Source of the DNA: Patescibacteria group bacterium UBA6201
GTDB lineage: Bacteria; Patescibacteriota; Minisyncoccia; Phycocordibacterales; UBA918
Assembly: GCA_002422025.1 (NCBI GenBank)
Contig: DISV01000005.1
Location: forward strand, 136,834 to 200,833
Length of the DNA stretch: 64,000 bases
Reading direction: 5' to 3'
The notes below the pieces were generated by a model. That model saw only the letters and a program-made list of their open reading frames with translations. It made no database searches and was not told the origin of the DNA. Numbering within the stretch: the first letter of the stretch is position 1; the number at the start of each line of letters is the position of its first letter. Of this stretch, positions 18,275 to 27,626 are shown in pieces. A program made the translations under genes and the position numbers.

Positions 18275-19057
18275 TTAGGATCGTATGGCAATATATCTTT
18301 TTTTCCAAGCACTCTGGAATTGTTCAATCGATATACTACCACCTCCAGATTTTTCAGCTGGGTCATTGTAATAAACCTCTCCATTGTCCACACCAGTCAC
18401 TATTACGAGGTGTGGAATTGGATTGGTGGGCTTAAATGTATAGTGAACCGATACCATTACTGGTCCCTCTTCTAGAGCTTCTTCAAGAGTTGAGAAGGCA
18501 CTACTCATTGACTGGTCGGTCATATAAACCGCTTCACCAGAGAGACCATAACTTTTTGCTAGTCCAATAAGACCAGCGTGCGACCAACCAGCGCTCGATA
18601 CATAGGCATTAGCGGCGATACCTTCTTCCAATAAACCGTCTACTGTTATTTCTCCCGGCTTATAGAAGTCGATTAGCATTGCTAGGCTGGCGATACCACA
18701 ACCGATCTTTTGCCATTCGGGCGCACTGATATCAGTGAACTGTGAATAGAAAGGTACAGTGTGAATAGTCGGGTCAACCGACTTTTTTGATGCTGAGCGT
18801 GTCGGCTCTGTCTTTGATGTTTCAGCCTCTCCATCACTTACCTCTAAAGCAGAGACTTCGCTATTGTTACTCGTTTCAGTCGATTCTGGGACTTGTCTGT
18901 CAGCAGTGGCTGTGTCGGATACTACTTCCTCTGCCTGTGTGTGGTCCGGAGTCACCTTCACGTAGGTCACACTATTTTGCGCACCATAAGCGATACCGTA
19001 AAGAGCGATACCAAACAATGAGGTTATGACGACTGCAAAAGTATGAATGTACTTCAA
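18275..19057 (-). CDS. secreted peptidase C39-like (BtrH-type) domain protein
   Basis: N-terminal signal anchor. FYSQ...GCGIASLAML papain-like Cys region with a downstream His. An acidic ST-rich linker is present. Confidence 0.45.
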   Translation of the reverse strand: MKYIHTFAVVITSLFGIALYGIAYGAQNSVTYVKVTPDHTQAEEVVSDTATADRQVPESTETSNNSEVSALEVSDGEAETSKTEPTRSASKKSVDPTIHTVPFYSQFTDISAPEWQKIGCGIASLAMLIDFYKPGEITVDGLLEEGIAANAYVSSAGWSHAGLIGLAKSYGLSGEAVYMTDQSMSSAFSTLEEALEEGPVMVSVHYTFKPTNPIPHLVIVTGVDNGEVYYNDPAEKSGGGSISIEQFQSAWKKRYIAIRS

Positions 19058-19118
19058 AGCCGTATCATTTTACTACAGACCAGCACTTGCCTGTAATTGA
19101 TTAGTGTGTCATAAACTT

Positions 19119-20066
19119 TTAATCTTTTACTATTACTTTCGTACCTATCTCCGCCCAATCATATAGTTTACGTGCCATATCGGATGGCAGGTTTACACAG
19201 CCGTGGGAGTAACGTGAGCCAAAGCTAGTGTGCCAGTACGCACCGTGTATCACTGCCCCACCGTGAGTGAAGTAAAGATTCCAAGGTACACCTGGTAAGT
19301 CGTAATATTGGTCAGAAGGCAGTCCTGGCAAGGGTCCTTGCATATAACGGCTGGGTGTTTTTCTAAAGATGGTGAATGTCCCTCGTGGAGTGGGAGTGAG
19401 TTCTAATCCAGTTGAAATATCTGTTTCCATAAATAACTCCCCGTCCTCATAAGCGTAGAGTTTTTGTTCACCTCGATTTACAGTAATCTCCTTTTTAGTG
19501 CTAGAGGCATGGTCGTTGTCCTCTATGGTTTTTATCCCTTCGTCCCATAAAACCTCCACGTAGTCCGCCGATATGTACCAGTCACTCTTCACTCTTTCTG
19601 GATAGCGAAGCCACTCATCAAATATAATTTTGAACCAAGTTTCACCATCTCTGGTTACTTTACCTCCTACCTTTAGTACGATGTCGTTTCTTAAATGGGA
19701 TACGACCGGATAGTCAGTACCTGGACCGGACCGGACATTTAAGCACTCACCTTCAAAGTGTGGACCACATCCGTTGATTACCTCCACATATTCAAATAGC
19801 ACTTTTTCAACTGGCAGTGTCTCCTCTATTTTGGTGGAAGTAGACGAACTAATAATAACTGCCTCCTCATCTTGAAGAAATGGTGAAGGAGGTGCTTCGT
19901 AATAACTTTCTGATCCAGACTGATTGTCATCACTTGATGGTTTGTTGTATTCAATTGTACCGGTCAGAAACATCCAAAGACCAAATAAAATAATTGTGCC
20001 GAACAGTAATAAAGCTCCGGTTAGTGACAGCGTTACTCTTCGATGATGTTTTCTGGTGACATGCAT
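19119..20066 (-). CDS. L,D-transpeptidase (YkuD domain) with N-terminal TM anchor
   Basis: The C-terminal motif HGAYWHTSFGSRYSHGCVNL is the catalytic YkuD H/C motif. Confidence 0.8.
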   Translation of the reverse strand: MHVTRKHHRRVTLSLTGALLLFGTIILFGLWMFLTGTIEYNKPSSDDNQSGSESYYEAPPSPFLQDEEAVIISSSTSTKIEETLPVEKVLFEYVEVINGCGPHFEGECLNVRSGPGTDYPVVSHLRNDIVLKVGGKVTRDGETWFKIIFDEWLRYPERVKSDWYISADYVEVLWDEGIKTIEDNDHASSTKKEITVNRGEQKLYAYEDGELFMETDISTGLELTPTPRGTFTIFRKTPSRYMQGPLPGLPSDQYYDLPGVPWNLYFTHGGAVIHGAYWHTSFGSRYSHGCVNLPSDMARKLYDWAEIGTKVIVKD

Positions 20067-20162
20067 ACCTTAATATAATAGAGTATATAAGCACGAAATA
20101 CGGTTATACAACAATTATGCACGACCGTTTGGGCGGTTGGATTAGCTGTACGCTATAATTTA

Positions 20163-20729
20163 ATGATGAAAAACTCACCTTTGGAGTTAAAGGAACAGGC
20201 TCTCAAGGAGCTACAAAAGCGTGTGGAGAAGTTGAATTCTAAATCCGCAACAAAGAAGAAAGCGGAAATCGGTGATGAATTCATAGATATAAAAGTCGAG
20301 AAGTCACAGACTGGGTTCAAAAGAATAAAAGTTCCTGGTGAGCGTGACATTGGTCATGGCGAGTTTTTTCTCCTTCTAAACATCACTGCTTTGAAGGAAG
20401 ATATATACATTCCCCTTTCCATCGCTTCAGGCAAGAAGGCAACTGGTTTTATATATCACATTGAAGGTACTGCTGAAGGCACCATATATACGACCAATCT
20501 GTCCGCTCGAGGTGACGGTATAACTAAGATAACTCTGGGTACACTCTTGTATGTAAAGATTCCAGCCGGAAAGGTGGCGGATTTCCGTATGCTTATAGAA
20601 ATCAGAGGTGGAACTAGCAAAGAATATAAAGTAGTCATCAACCGCATTAACTACAAATTGAATCCAAGTGACGCCAGGTACAAACGGCTGGATGTAGAAA
20701 TCAACTCGAAGGTTTTGAAGTTTTTGTGA
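20163..20729 (+). CDS. hypothetical protein
   Basis: 188 aa. Lys/Glu-rich N-terminus followed by a beta-rich domain. No motif recognised. Confidence 0.35.
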   Translation: MMKNSPLELKEQALKELQKRVEKLNSKSATKKKAEIGDEFIDIKVEKSQTGFKRIKVPGERDIGHGEFFLLLNITALKEDIYIPLSIASGKKATGFIYHIEGTAEGTIYTTNLSARGDGITKITLGTLLYVKIPAGKVADFRMLIEIRGGTSKEYKVVINRINYKLNPSDARYKRLDVEINSKVLKFL

Positions 20730-20937
20730 GTTTTAACCTGTCCTCTTGTTAGAGTTTTTCAATCTTTGAATCTATTTGACTATAGCTCGCCTGATTTACT
20801 CTATACACATTGACTCCTCTGTAATGGCGCCATTTTGTACCTGTGGTACGCAGCCAATCGCTCGAAATGAAAAGCTTAGCTTCTCATGTCACTGCCATGA
20901 TAAGATTGTTTTAATAAGTAATTTCTAATATTTTGAT

Positions 20938-21699
20938 ATGTTCGATTTAACAGGAAAGGTGGCACTAGTTACGGGGGCACGGAGAGGTATGGGTAAGGCA
21001 GAGGCTATCGCGCTGGCACGACAGGGAGCGTTTGTGGCTGTGACGGACATCAACCATGCAGAGTGCTTGGAGGTTGTGAGGGAAATTGAAGAGTTCGGTG
21101 GAACTGCCGAAGCTTACGAACTTGATGTATCTAGTGTGCAACAGATAGAGGAGGTATTTAACTCAGTGGTTGCCCGCTTCGGTGCGCTCGATATTTTGGT
21201 AAATAATGCGGGCATCTTTGCGCCGAAGCTCTCGGAGGATATGACTGAAGAGGATTGGAACCGCACACTGACAATTAATCTCAAGGGACAATTTTTCTGC
21301 GCCCAACGCGCTGCCAAGGAAATGTCGAAACGAAATTGGGGAAGAATTATTAACATCGCTTCTGTTGCTTCAGGTCAGACAGGGGTCGGAGTTGCCGGAG
21401 GCGTGCACTATACAGCTTCAAAGGGTGGTGTTGCTGGTATGACTGAAGCCCTTGCTATTGAGCTTGCTCCTAAAGGCATTATGGTCAATGCGGTCGGTCC
21501 AGGTGCGATTGATACGCCGATGGTATCGAACGCTGGTTTAACCGATGAGGCCCTCCGGGTAATGCTTGAGAAAATTCCCCTTAAACGCATGGGTAGACCT
21601 GAAGAGATTGCCGCTGCTGTCGTGTTCCTTGCGTCAGAGGAGGCGAGTTATGTGACAGGTACCATGCTTTACGTGGATGGTGGCTGGCTGGCAGCCTGA
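20938..21699 (+). CDS. SDR-family oxidoreductase, 3-oxoacyl-ACP reductase (FabG)-like
   Basis: Cofactor motif TGARRGMG, NNAG motif, catalytic YxxxK (YTASK), and a PGAIDTPM motif. Confidence 0.8.
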   Translation: MFDLTGKVALVTGARRGMGKAEAIALARQGAFVAVTDINHAECLEVVREIEEFGGTAEAYELDVSSVQQIEEVFNSVVARFGALDILVNNAGIFAPKLSEDMTEEDWNRTLTINLKGQFFCAQRAAKEMSKRNWGRIINIASVASGQTGVGVAGGVHYTASKGGVAGMTEALAIELAPKGIMVNAVGPGAIDTPMVSNAGLTDEALRVMLEKIPLKRMGRPEEIAAAVVFLASEEASYVTGTMLYVDGGWLAA

Positions 21700-21769
21700 T
21701 GAGGTATGGGGCAAGTCTTTGAATTTTGACATAACATTCCCCAAAATTGTTACTCCCCAGGAGCATATG

Positions 21770-21800
21770 AAAAAGACCCGCTAGAGAGGGTCTTTTTTTA
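21770..21800 (+). terminator. rho-independent terminator (AGACCC-n8-GGGTCT + T7)
   Basis: Hairpin followed by a T-run, directly after the SDR gene. Confidence 0.7.
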
Positions 21801-21815
21801 TATGCTTCACGCCTG

Positions 21816-21871
21816 GGTGGATGTGAAAACTTTTTATATAATTGAAAAGACCCCTTGATGTTATCGCTGGG
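21816..21871. repeat. intergenic repeat copy A (GGTGGATGTGAAAACTTTTTATATAATTGAAAAGACCCCTTGATGTTATCGCTGGG)
   Basis: About 85% identical to copy B at 22153-22210. Confidence 0.7.
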
Positions 21872-21897
21872 ATCTTTCTGGGTTAGCTCTATTAGAT

Positions 21898-22023
21898 CTA
21901 CTTCTTTCCTCCGCGCCCCGCCTTCTTTGCCAGCATTTCTTTTTTTGCTTCTAAACGTTTCTTTGATTTATATGGACGTTTAGAGGTGTTCTTTTTTGGA
22001 CTCAATGCAATTATTCGTGACAT
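21898..22023 (-). CDS. possible small basic protein (41 aa, Lys-rich) between repeat copies A and B
   Basis: Hand-translated as MSRIIALSPKKNTSKRPYKSKKRLEAKKEMLAKKAGRGGKK. No SD seen. Low confidence. Confidence 0.15.
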   Translation of the reverse strand: MSRIIALSPKKNTSKRPYKSKKRLEAKKEMLAKKAGRGGKK

Positions 22024-22152
22024 GACCACTAGTATATATTAATTTTGATTAGTAGTTAAGATGTTGTAGATAATAGATTGTTTCCCCGCTCGCAGTCTGG
22101 GCGACCAATTTTTAACGACCGGAGGGAAGTATAAAAATGGAAGTACTCTTGT

Positions 22153-22210
22153 GGTGAGGATGTGAGAACTTTTTATATAAAAGAAAAGACCCCTTGATGT
22201 TATCGTTGGG
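22153..22210. repeat. intergenic repeat copy B, with upstream TATAAAAATGGAAGTACTCTTGTGGTG motif from 22130
   Basis: Matches copy A. The upstream motif recurs at 49160-49190. Confidence 0.7.
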
Positions 22211-22241
22211 GCCTTGTGTAGGCTGTGTCGACAATGGTGTG

Positions 22242-22436
22242 CTACTGCACGACCTCGACCTTTTCATTGGGGTCAAGTTCTTCAACCGTCCCGTCGCCGA
22301 GCCAGCTCTTACCGTCTTCGCTGAGCTTTGTCTTAATGTGGAAGCGCTCGTTAAGCTTGATGTAGAGCTGTCCGTTGGGGCGTCGATAGACGGCCTTGTG
22401 CTTGCCAGTAGCTTCGAGTTCACCGATTGTTGCCAT
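22242..22436 (-). CDS. small hypothetical protein (64 aa) in a GC-rich patch
   Basis: GGAGGACTACT-ATG gives a strong SD. The protein starts MATIGELEATGKHKAVYRRPNGQLYIKLNERF and contains no cysteines (so not Cys-rich). It sits between repeat B and attL. Confidence 0.3.
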   Translation of the reverse strand: MATIGELEATGKHKAVYRRPNGQLYIKLNERFHIKTKLSEDGKSWLGDGTVEELDPNEKVEVVQ

Positions 22437-22515
22437 AGTAGTCCTCCGTTGACAAAAGTGTAGGGTCTGGTTCAGGAAGAACAATAGCACACATAGTGTG
22501 CTATGTCAAATATGT

Positions 22516-22528
22516 TCCGCGGGCAGGA
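22516..22528. repeat. attL: 13-bp direct repeat of the tRNA-Asn 3' end (TCCGCGGGCAGGA)
   Basis: Identical to 36429-36441, which is the T-stem/acceptor 3' strand of tRNA-Asn. Marks the left boundary of the AT-rich element. Confidence 0.65.
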
Positions 22529-22823
22529 ATTTCTCTCTTACAGAGCAGTACACCTTTTGGATTTTCTTTTCACAAGCTCAAGAAAATCTCAAAAGGTCTT
22601 CGAATCCTGACACAACAGTCCCCCGGACTGTTGTTCCCGCGGAGCATTAAAAGTAAAGACCACACTTGCGTGTGGCCTAAACTTTTATATGCTCCGCTGG
22701 TTGGATACATTTAGAACTCTTAACTGGAGTCAAATAAGGCAAGATTTTATATTTTCAGGAGTGTCTAATGTATTTCCTGATCTGGTACTTGAAAACTAAT
22801 TTCTATCTTTTAGTAAGCAATTC

Positions 22824-24308
22824 TTAATCTTCAGTCCGCTTTCTTATTTTCTCGTGTTCGATAATAGACCAGTAAGGTTCTGTAAACTTATCTCCCTCTA
22901 CGTCTTGTAAAGCTTCCATCTGTTCGTCAGGAAGTTCTTTTACAATATCCTCAAGATATTTTATGAAATCCTCCTTTTCACTTAAAGAAAATATTTTAGT
23001 ATCAAATTCACTCAACCTTAAATATTTAGGGGTGTTTTTAGGAAGTTCTCTCAGAAGTCTAGCAGATTGTTTGTCTACAAACATTGCATCACAGTATGGC
23101 AAGTAGCTGGATATAAATTGAACGTCAACAGTAGATTTTGGGACTTTCTTTTCTCCGAGTGATGCGGTGCGAGCAAGACCTGCAAACATTACGGAACTTA
23201 TTTTTAAATAAGGAACTTCTAAAAGTGCCTCTGCATCTCTTAAATACCTACCAATAACTTCTGGTAGATCTTCATCTGACAATCCATTTACTCGAGCAAC
23301 TCTCATCAAGGCTTCCATAAGCTCACTTGCAGGGGGTGGGATTATGTCGTCAATATCTAACTTATATGAAGGGTCTGTTGCCATACGTTGCATTGCGACA
23401 ACTCTTCGCTTTACAAAATCTTGCATAACTTGCATCGTACCCTTACCAAGACCAAGAACTTCTTCTTTCGCTCTTGCTTCAAAATCAACGGTTTCTTCTT
23501 GCCACCTTTTCCATATTTCATTTAATTGTTGTTCTGTTGAAGCATTAACTTTCTTCAAGTTTTCCAATTCGTCAGGTCGTGGAGGACCACCAACTGATAC
23601 TCTGAGACCGATTTCCCACTCATTTAAATCTTGTCCAAACGCAATCTCTTGGGGGTTAAATGTAAAAGTTGATTTCCTTTCATTTAACCAATCCTCAAAG
23701 TGGTGCTGGATCTGAAAGCGTTCCACTACAGAGCTTGGATATAACGTCTTTCCGTGTGAAAAATGCTCATAAAGTCGTCTGGCTAAATAAAAATCAATAC
23801 CGCCAGTACTTGATTCATCCTTATGATAAAAACTGTCAGGACACACAAGGGCTTGTGATTTTGATGCTTTTTCTAACGCTATAAACAAGTCTTTCCAAAA
23901 TTGACCAAAGGGTCCGTTCTTCACTCTTTCGTGACTTGGGTGTGAAGTATCCAGTAATTTTATTAAATTACTAATAACAAACTGATCCAAGTAAACTACT
24001 TTTTTCTTCTTAAGCTTGGGTAATTTTATATGTTCTTCGTGGTGGCATTCCGTACATTCACGAGTATATGAATTACTACCAGAGATTGGCGAAAAAACAC
24101 CAAATGCTTTTGGTCGCTTGCAAGAAGGACAGTTCTTATATGGACCAGAGATTAGATCGTTTCTTGTGAATGAAACTACAGTTTTCTTACCACTTCTGAC
24201 CAGATCCCAACAACACTTCTTAAATTTTATCGATTTACCCGTCTCGTCAGTTTTTCCACAAGGACAGGGCTCATTTCTTCCTACTTTAACTTTTTTCATA
24301 CTTATCAA
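22824..24308 (-). CDS. SEC-C motif zinc-binding domain protein, function unknown
   Basis: The N-terminus CPCGK...KKCCW is the SecA C-terminal-like SEC-C metal-binding motif. A second zinc-ribbon-like region follows (CPSCKRP...CTECHHEE). 494 aa. Confidence 0.5.
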   Translation of the reverse strand: MISMKKVKVGRNEPCPCGKTDETGKSIKFKKCCWDLVRSGKKTVVSFTRNDLISGPYKNCPSCKRPKAFGVFSPISGSNSYTRECTECHHEEHIKLPKLKKKKVVYLDQFVISNLIKLLDTSHPSHERVKNGPFGQFWKDLFIALEKASKSQALVCPDSFYHKDESSTGGIDFYLARRLYEHFSHGKTLYPSSVVERFQIQHHFEDWLNERKSTFTFNPQEIAFGQDLNEWEIGLRVSVGGPPRPDELENLKKVNASTEQQLNEIWKRWQEETVDFEARAKEEVLGLGKGTMQVMQDFVKRRVVAMQRMATDPSYKLDIDDIIPPPASELMEALMRVARVNGLSDEDLPEVIGRYLRDAEALLEVPYLKISSVMFAGLARTASLGEKKVPKSTVDVQFISSYLPYCDAMFVDKQSARLLRELPKNTPKYLRLSEFDTKIFSLSEKEDFIKYLEDIVKELPDEQMEALQDVEGDKFTEPYWSIIEHEKIRKRTED

Positions 24309-24346
24309 TAGCGTACATATGATGTAAACTAAAGTAAAGAATAATT

Positions 24347-25846
24347 ATGGTAAATGTCATAAAAAAGAAAAGGCTTCCTTGGATCGATGACCCTAGAAAA
24401 GGTGTCTATATCGATGATGGTGCACTTTTTGTTTTACACTTAATCGCCAATGGTCTCCTTGCTCGCATTGGTTCTGATAATTTTGCGTTGACTATGAGAA
24501 CTCCGATCGAATGGAGTCACGAAGAAATGCTCAAATTTCTGATCAAGGTTTCAGAAGAATATGGTTTTGAGCTTTCTGACTTCTCTACAATGACCTATGC
24601 CTTCACTGAGGATTACGAGAAAGATCTTTTTGATCCCAAGACTAGAACAATACTCCCTGAATACGAGGATGTGTTTCAAAAGTATTTAAAAGAAGTAGAT
24701 GAATTTGAAAAATACAAAAAAGATAATGGTCTTGAGGATCACGGTCCTTTACCGCCTACAAAGGGTAAGAAATTTTATTTACCGCCACAGCTTCCTAAGG
24801 TTTACGAAGGTGGTTATAAGTGGGCACTTGATCAGATTGAAGCTGATACCGAAAAAGGAAAGCTTTTTAAGCGAATTTTTGATGATCAGTTTGGATTAGA
24901 GGATCTGGAACAGATTTTTAAAATGAATCACGTTATTTTAGCGTGGAATGAACCAGAAGACTCTGACAATTATTATCAAAAACAAATAACCGATTCCATT
25001 ATTCACTGGACCTCCTTCAGCGTTGATCCTCCAGAGAGGATAAGGAAGCAGATGCTTAAAGATGTTAATGCTTACTTGAAACTATTTATGACTGATAAGC
25101 TTGGTCCAAATAGAGGCAACAGGAGGGCTCGAGGTGCGTCTGTTATGGAAAGTAGAAACATATACACCTTCAAGAAGCACAAGGATATGTTTCTTGAATA
25201 TTTGGTTGATATGAAAAATCAATTTGGGAATGATCTGACATTTACCGATCCTTTTGATGAGTATCCACTTGAGTCAGATACCGATGCAGAAGAAGTAAAA
25301 GAACGATATAAAAATAGAAAGTTTCTCTTTCTTCATACTCTTTTTGCCTTTGAATATATGGGATGTATAAGAATCCGAGGTCTTGGCAGTAACTGGGATT
25401 GGCGTCGTGATGATCCTACGCAATACGAAGTTGGCTTAACTGTGATCAATCTACAAAAAGCAGTTGATCCTATAGGTGGCAATCAATCAGTAAAATCTAT
25501 CGATCCAATTGTGGTTATAGAAAAAGGTAAGGGTTATATAAAGCTCCACAAGAACGGTCAAAAAATACCGATTGGCACAATTACCAGTAGAAAGTTTCGA
25601 TTAGTAAATATTCTCATTGATCCGTTAGGAACTGCTCGAACTGTAGATAGTATTTTTGATGCTATCAGATTGGAAAAAGACGACGCTGATTCTAGACTTA
25701 AAGATCCATATTTAGCAAAACAAAGGAAAGTTGACATCATTAACTTTGCTTTAAAGGAACTACAGAAGACCAAAGGCTTGAAAGGAAAAGTATCAATCAA
25801 ATACCTCAAAGATAATCAAAGTGCCTATCTTGAACTAACCGTCTAA
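24347..25846 (+). CDS. hypothetical protein (orphan)
   Basis: 499 aa with no recognisable motif. Divergently arranged with the SEC-C gene from a shared 38-bp spacer. Confidence 0.4.
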   Translation: MVNVIKKKRLPWIDDPRKGVYIDDGALFVLHLIANGLLARIGSDNFALTMRTPIEWSHEEMLKFLIKVSEEYGFELSDFSTMTYAFTEDYEKDLFDPKTRTILPEYEDVFQKYLKEVDEFEKYKKDNGLEDHGPLPPTKGKKFYLPPQLPKVYEGGYKWALDQIEADTEKGKLFKRIFDDQFGLEDLEQIFKMNHVILAWNEPEDSDNYYQKQITDSIIHWTSFSVDPPERIRKQMLKDVNAYLKLFMTDKLGPNRGNRRARGASVMESRNIYTFKKHKDMFLEYLVDMKNQFGNDLTFTDPFDEYPLESDTDAEEVKERYKNRKFLFLHTLFAFEYMGCIRIRGLGSNWDWRRDDPTQYEVGLTVINLQKAVDPIGGNQSVKSIDPIVVIEKGKGYIKLHKNGQKIPIGTITSRKFRLVNILIDPLGTARTVDSIFDAIRLEKDDADSRLKDPYLAKQRKVDIINFALKELQKTKGLKGKVSIKYLKDNQSAYLELTV

Positions 25847-26112
25847 GAGGGTTCAAAAACTTATTCAAAAAATAGTTTGAAGGTCGTAATCAAAACGGCC
25901 TTATTTTTATTTACTTTTCTTGTCTATCAGGCAGGAAAAACCCTCTCAAACCCTCTACTAACCTTGAAGTTAGAGGGTTTATTACATTTGGAATGTGCAA
26001 ACGAATCAAGAAAAAGAAATTACTGAGGTGAACCAGAGCAATGATAACCTCATTGGTTTCTTTTCGATTTTGATGCAGGTCGATAAAAGAATTAATCCTC
26101 ATAACTATACCG

Positions 26113-27267
26113 ATGAATCGGAAGAAGAAGATGATTGATACCATAATCCTAACAATTCCGAGAGAACAGATCAGAATGCTTAGTCCAGACGGACGGTATA
26201 TTCCAGCGTGGGATCTACATAGCAAAACAAGCAACTACACAAAGTATGTTAAGAACCCGACTCCGTATGATCGCAAAAATGAAATATATAGACCTCGACT
26301 GACAGGAGTGAAAAGAAGAGTTCGTGGAAACTTTTACAGCTCATTTCTTAAAATTGAGTTTTCAGTACCTAAACTAATATTCGGCAATAACTTAAACGAG
26401 CTTAGCGAATCAGACTTCTCGAAAGTACTCAACACTCTTAAGGAGCGACTAATTGAAGTAGGAGTCTTAGTCTCTGATAAAGACTTACGACAAGCCACTG
26501 TCTCCACTGTTCACTTTGGGAAAAACATTGAGCTTCGTGACGGATATACAGCTTCCTTTGTCACAAAAGAATTATCTAAGATCAATATCAACAAAAAATT
26601 TGATCTAAGTAAAACTAGTTTTAGAAATGACGGTCAGTCCTTGCAAGGGTATACGATGGCACATTCAGTTGTCTTTTATGACAAGGTGTCTGATTTAGGA
26701 AAGAGTAAAAAAAGAGCTATCGACAAAGACCAAGTTCCAAATCAGTTGAGTCTCTTCTCTGGCATTAAAGCAAATACACCAAGTCTTGAGATTCTAAGAT
26801 TTGAGGTCCGCTTGTGTCAGAAGCAAAAGCTTAATGGTGTCTTACGAAAAATTGGTTTCGAAAAAGATCCAACTTTTGAAGATATTTTTACAGCTGAACT
26901 ATGGAAGAAGGCACTCCATTTTTATTGGGATCAAATGATCAAGAACGAAAACTTGTTTCTTTTCAGCAACAAAACTGAGCCTAAGGAACTATTGCAGGAC
27001 CTACTTAAAAAGCACCCGAACTCAAAGGCAAAAGAATATATATTTCTCGTTGGGCTTGATGCTTTATGCAAAAGCAAAGGCGGAATTAGAGATCTGAGAT
27101 CAATTTTAGAAACAAAAGTCAGTCAACGAAGTTGGTACAGGATCAATGATGGAATCAAAAGGCTTAATAAGGCCACTAGTAAAAGGAAGGTCTCTGACTG
27201 GGTTAAGCAAATTGAGGATAGTTTGAATGAGTTCAAGCCGTATCGCATAAAACCAAAACCACCTTAA
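26113..27267 (+). CDS. Rep_trans-like rolling-circle replication initiation protein
   Basis: 384 aa. VVFYDKVSDLGKSKKRAIDKDQ resembles the conserved riYDK...E segment of Rep_trans initiators (PF02486). It lies on an element that also encodes an excisionase and an integrase. Confidence 0.4.
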   Translation: MNRKKKMIDTIILTIPREQIRMLSPDGRYIPAWDLHSKTSNYTKYVKNPTPYDRKNEIYRPRLTGVKRRVRGNFYSSFLKIEFSVPKLIFGNNLNELSESDFSKVLNTLKERLIEVGVLVSDKDLRQATVSTVHFGKNIELRDGYTASFVTKELSKININKKFDLSKTSFRNDGQSLQGYTMAHSVVFYDKVSDLGKSKKRAIDKDQVPNQLSLFSGIKANTPSLEILRFEVRLCQKQKLNGVLRKIGFEKDPTFEDIFTAELWKKALHFYWDQMIKNENLFLFSNKTEPKELLQDLLKKHPNSKAKEYIFLVGLDALCKSKGGIRDLRSILETKVSQRSWYRINDGIKRLNKATSKRKVSDWVKQIEDSLNEFKPYRIKPKPP

Positions 27268-27307
27268 AGTCAGATCTCATTCTTATTAAAAATTAATCAC
27301 CTGAAAT

Positions 27308-27622
27308 ATGGCATTACTTAAAAACTATTTTGAAAAGTGTAAGCAAGACTCACCGATTGTCTATGTAATAACAGCAGAGATGGTCCAAAATCTTGCAGAA
27401 GCAAACCTCGATAGAAAACTGACAGAAAAAGAAATTGAAAGACTTCATTACTCAATGCTTGAAGCTGACAAGCCTAGCTGGCATTTGATGGAGTTTATGA
27501 TCGCTTCCGCAGAGGATGCGATGGATGAAGAAAATAACGATTGGTCAGGTATAGATGAGCTGTACGAGAATCGTAAACATTCGTACTGGCTTGGAGATTA
27601 TTCAATAGGTAACGAAAAATAA
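27308..27622 (+). CDS. hypothetical protein
   Basis: 104 aa and acidic. No motif. Confidence 0.35.
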   Translation: MALLKNYFEKCKQDSPIVYVITAEMVQNLAEANLDRKLTEKEIERLHYSMLEADKPSWHLMEFMIASAEDAMDEENNDWSGIDELYENRKHSYWLGDYSIGNEK

Positions 27623-27626
27623 AACT

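Noticed and set aside
21898-22023. 41-aa Lys-rich ORF as a ribosomal protein (S21/L34-like).
   Set aside because: No convincing similarity to any ribosomal protein family and no SD. It is retained only as a very low-confidence feature.
22635-22645. Inverted 10-11-nt match to the tRNA-Asn 3' end as a second att site.
   Set aside because: The match is short enough to occur by chance (roughly 0.1 expectation in this window). It is kept only as part of the structured attL finding and is not called a feature.
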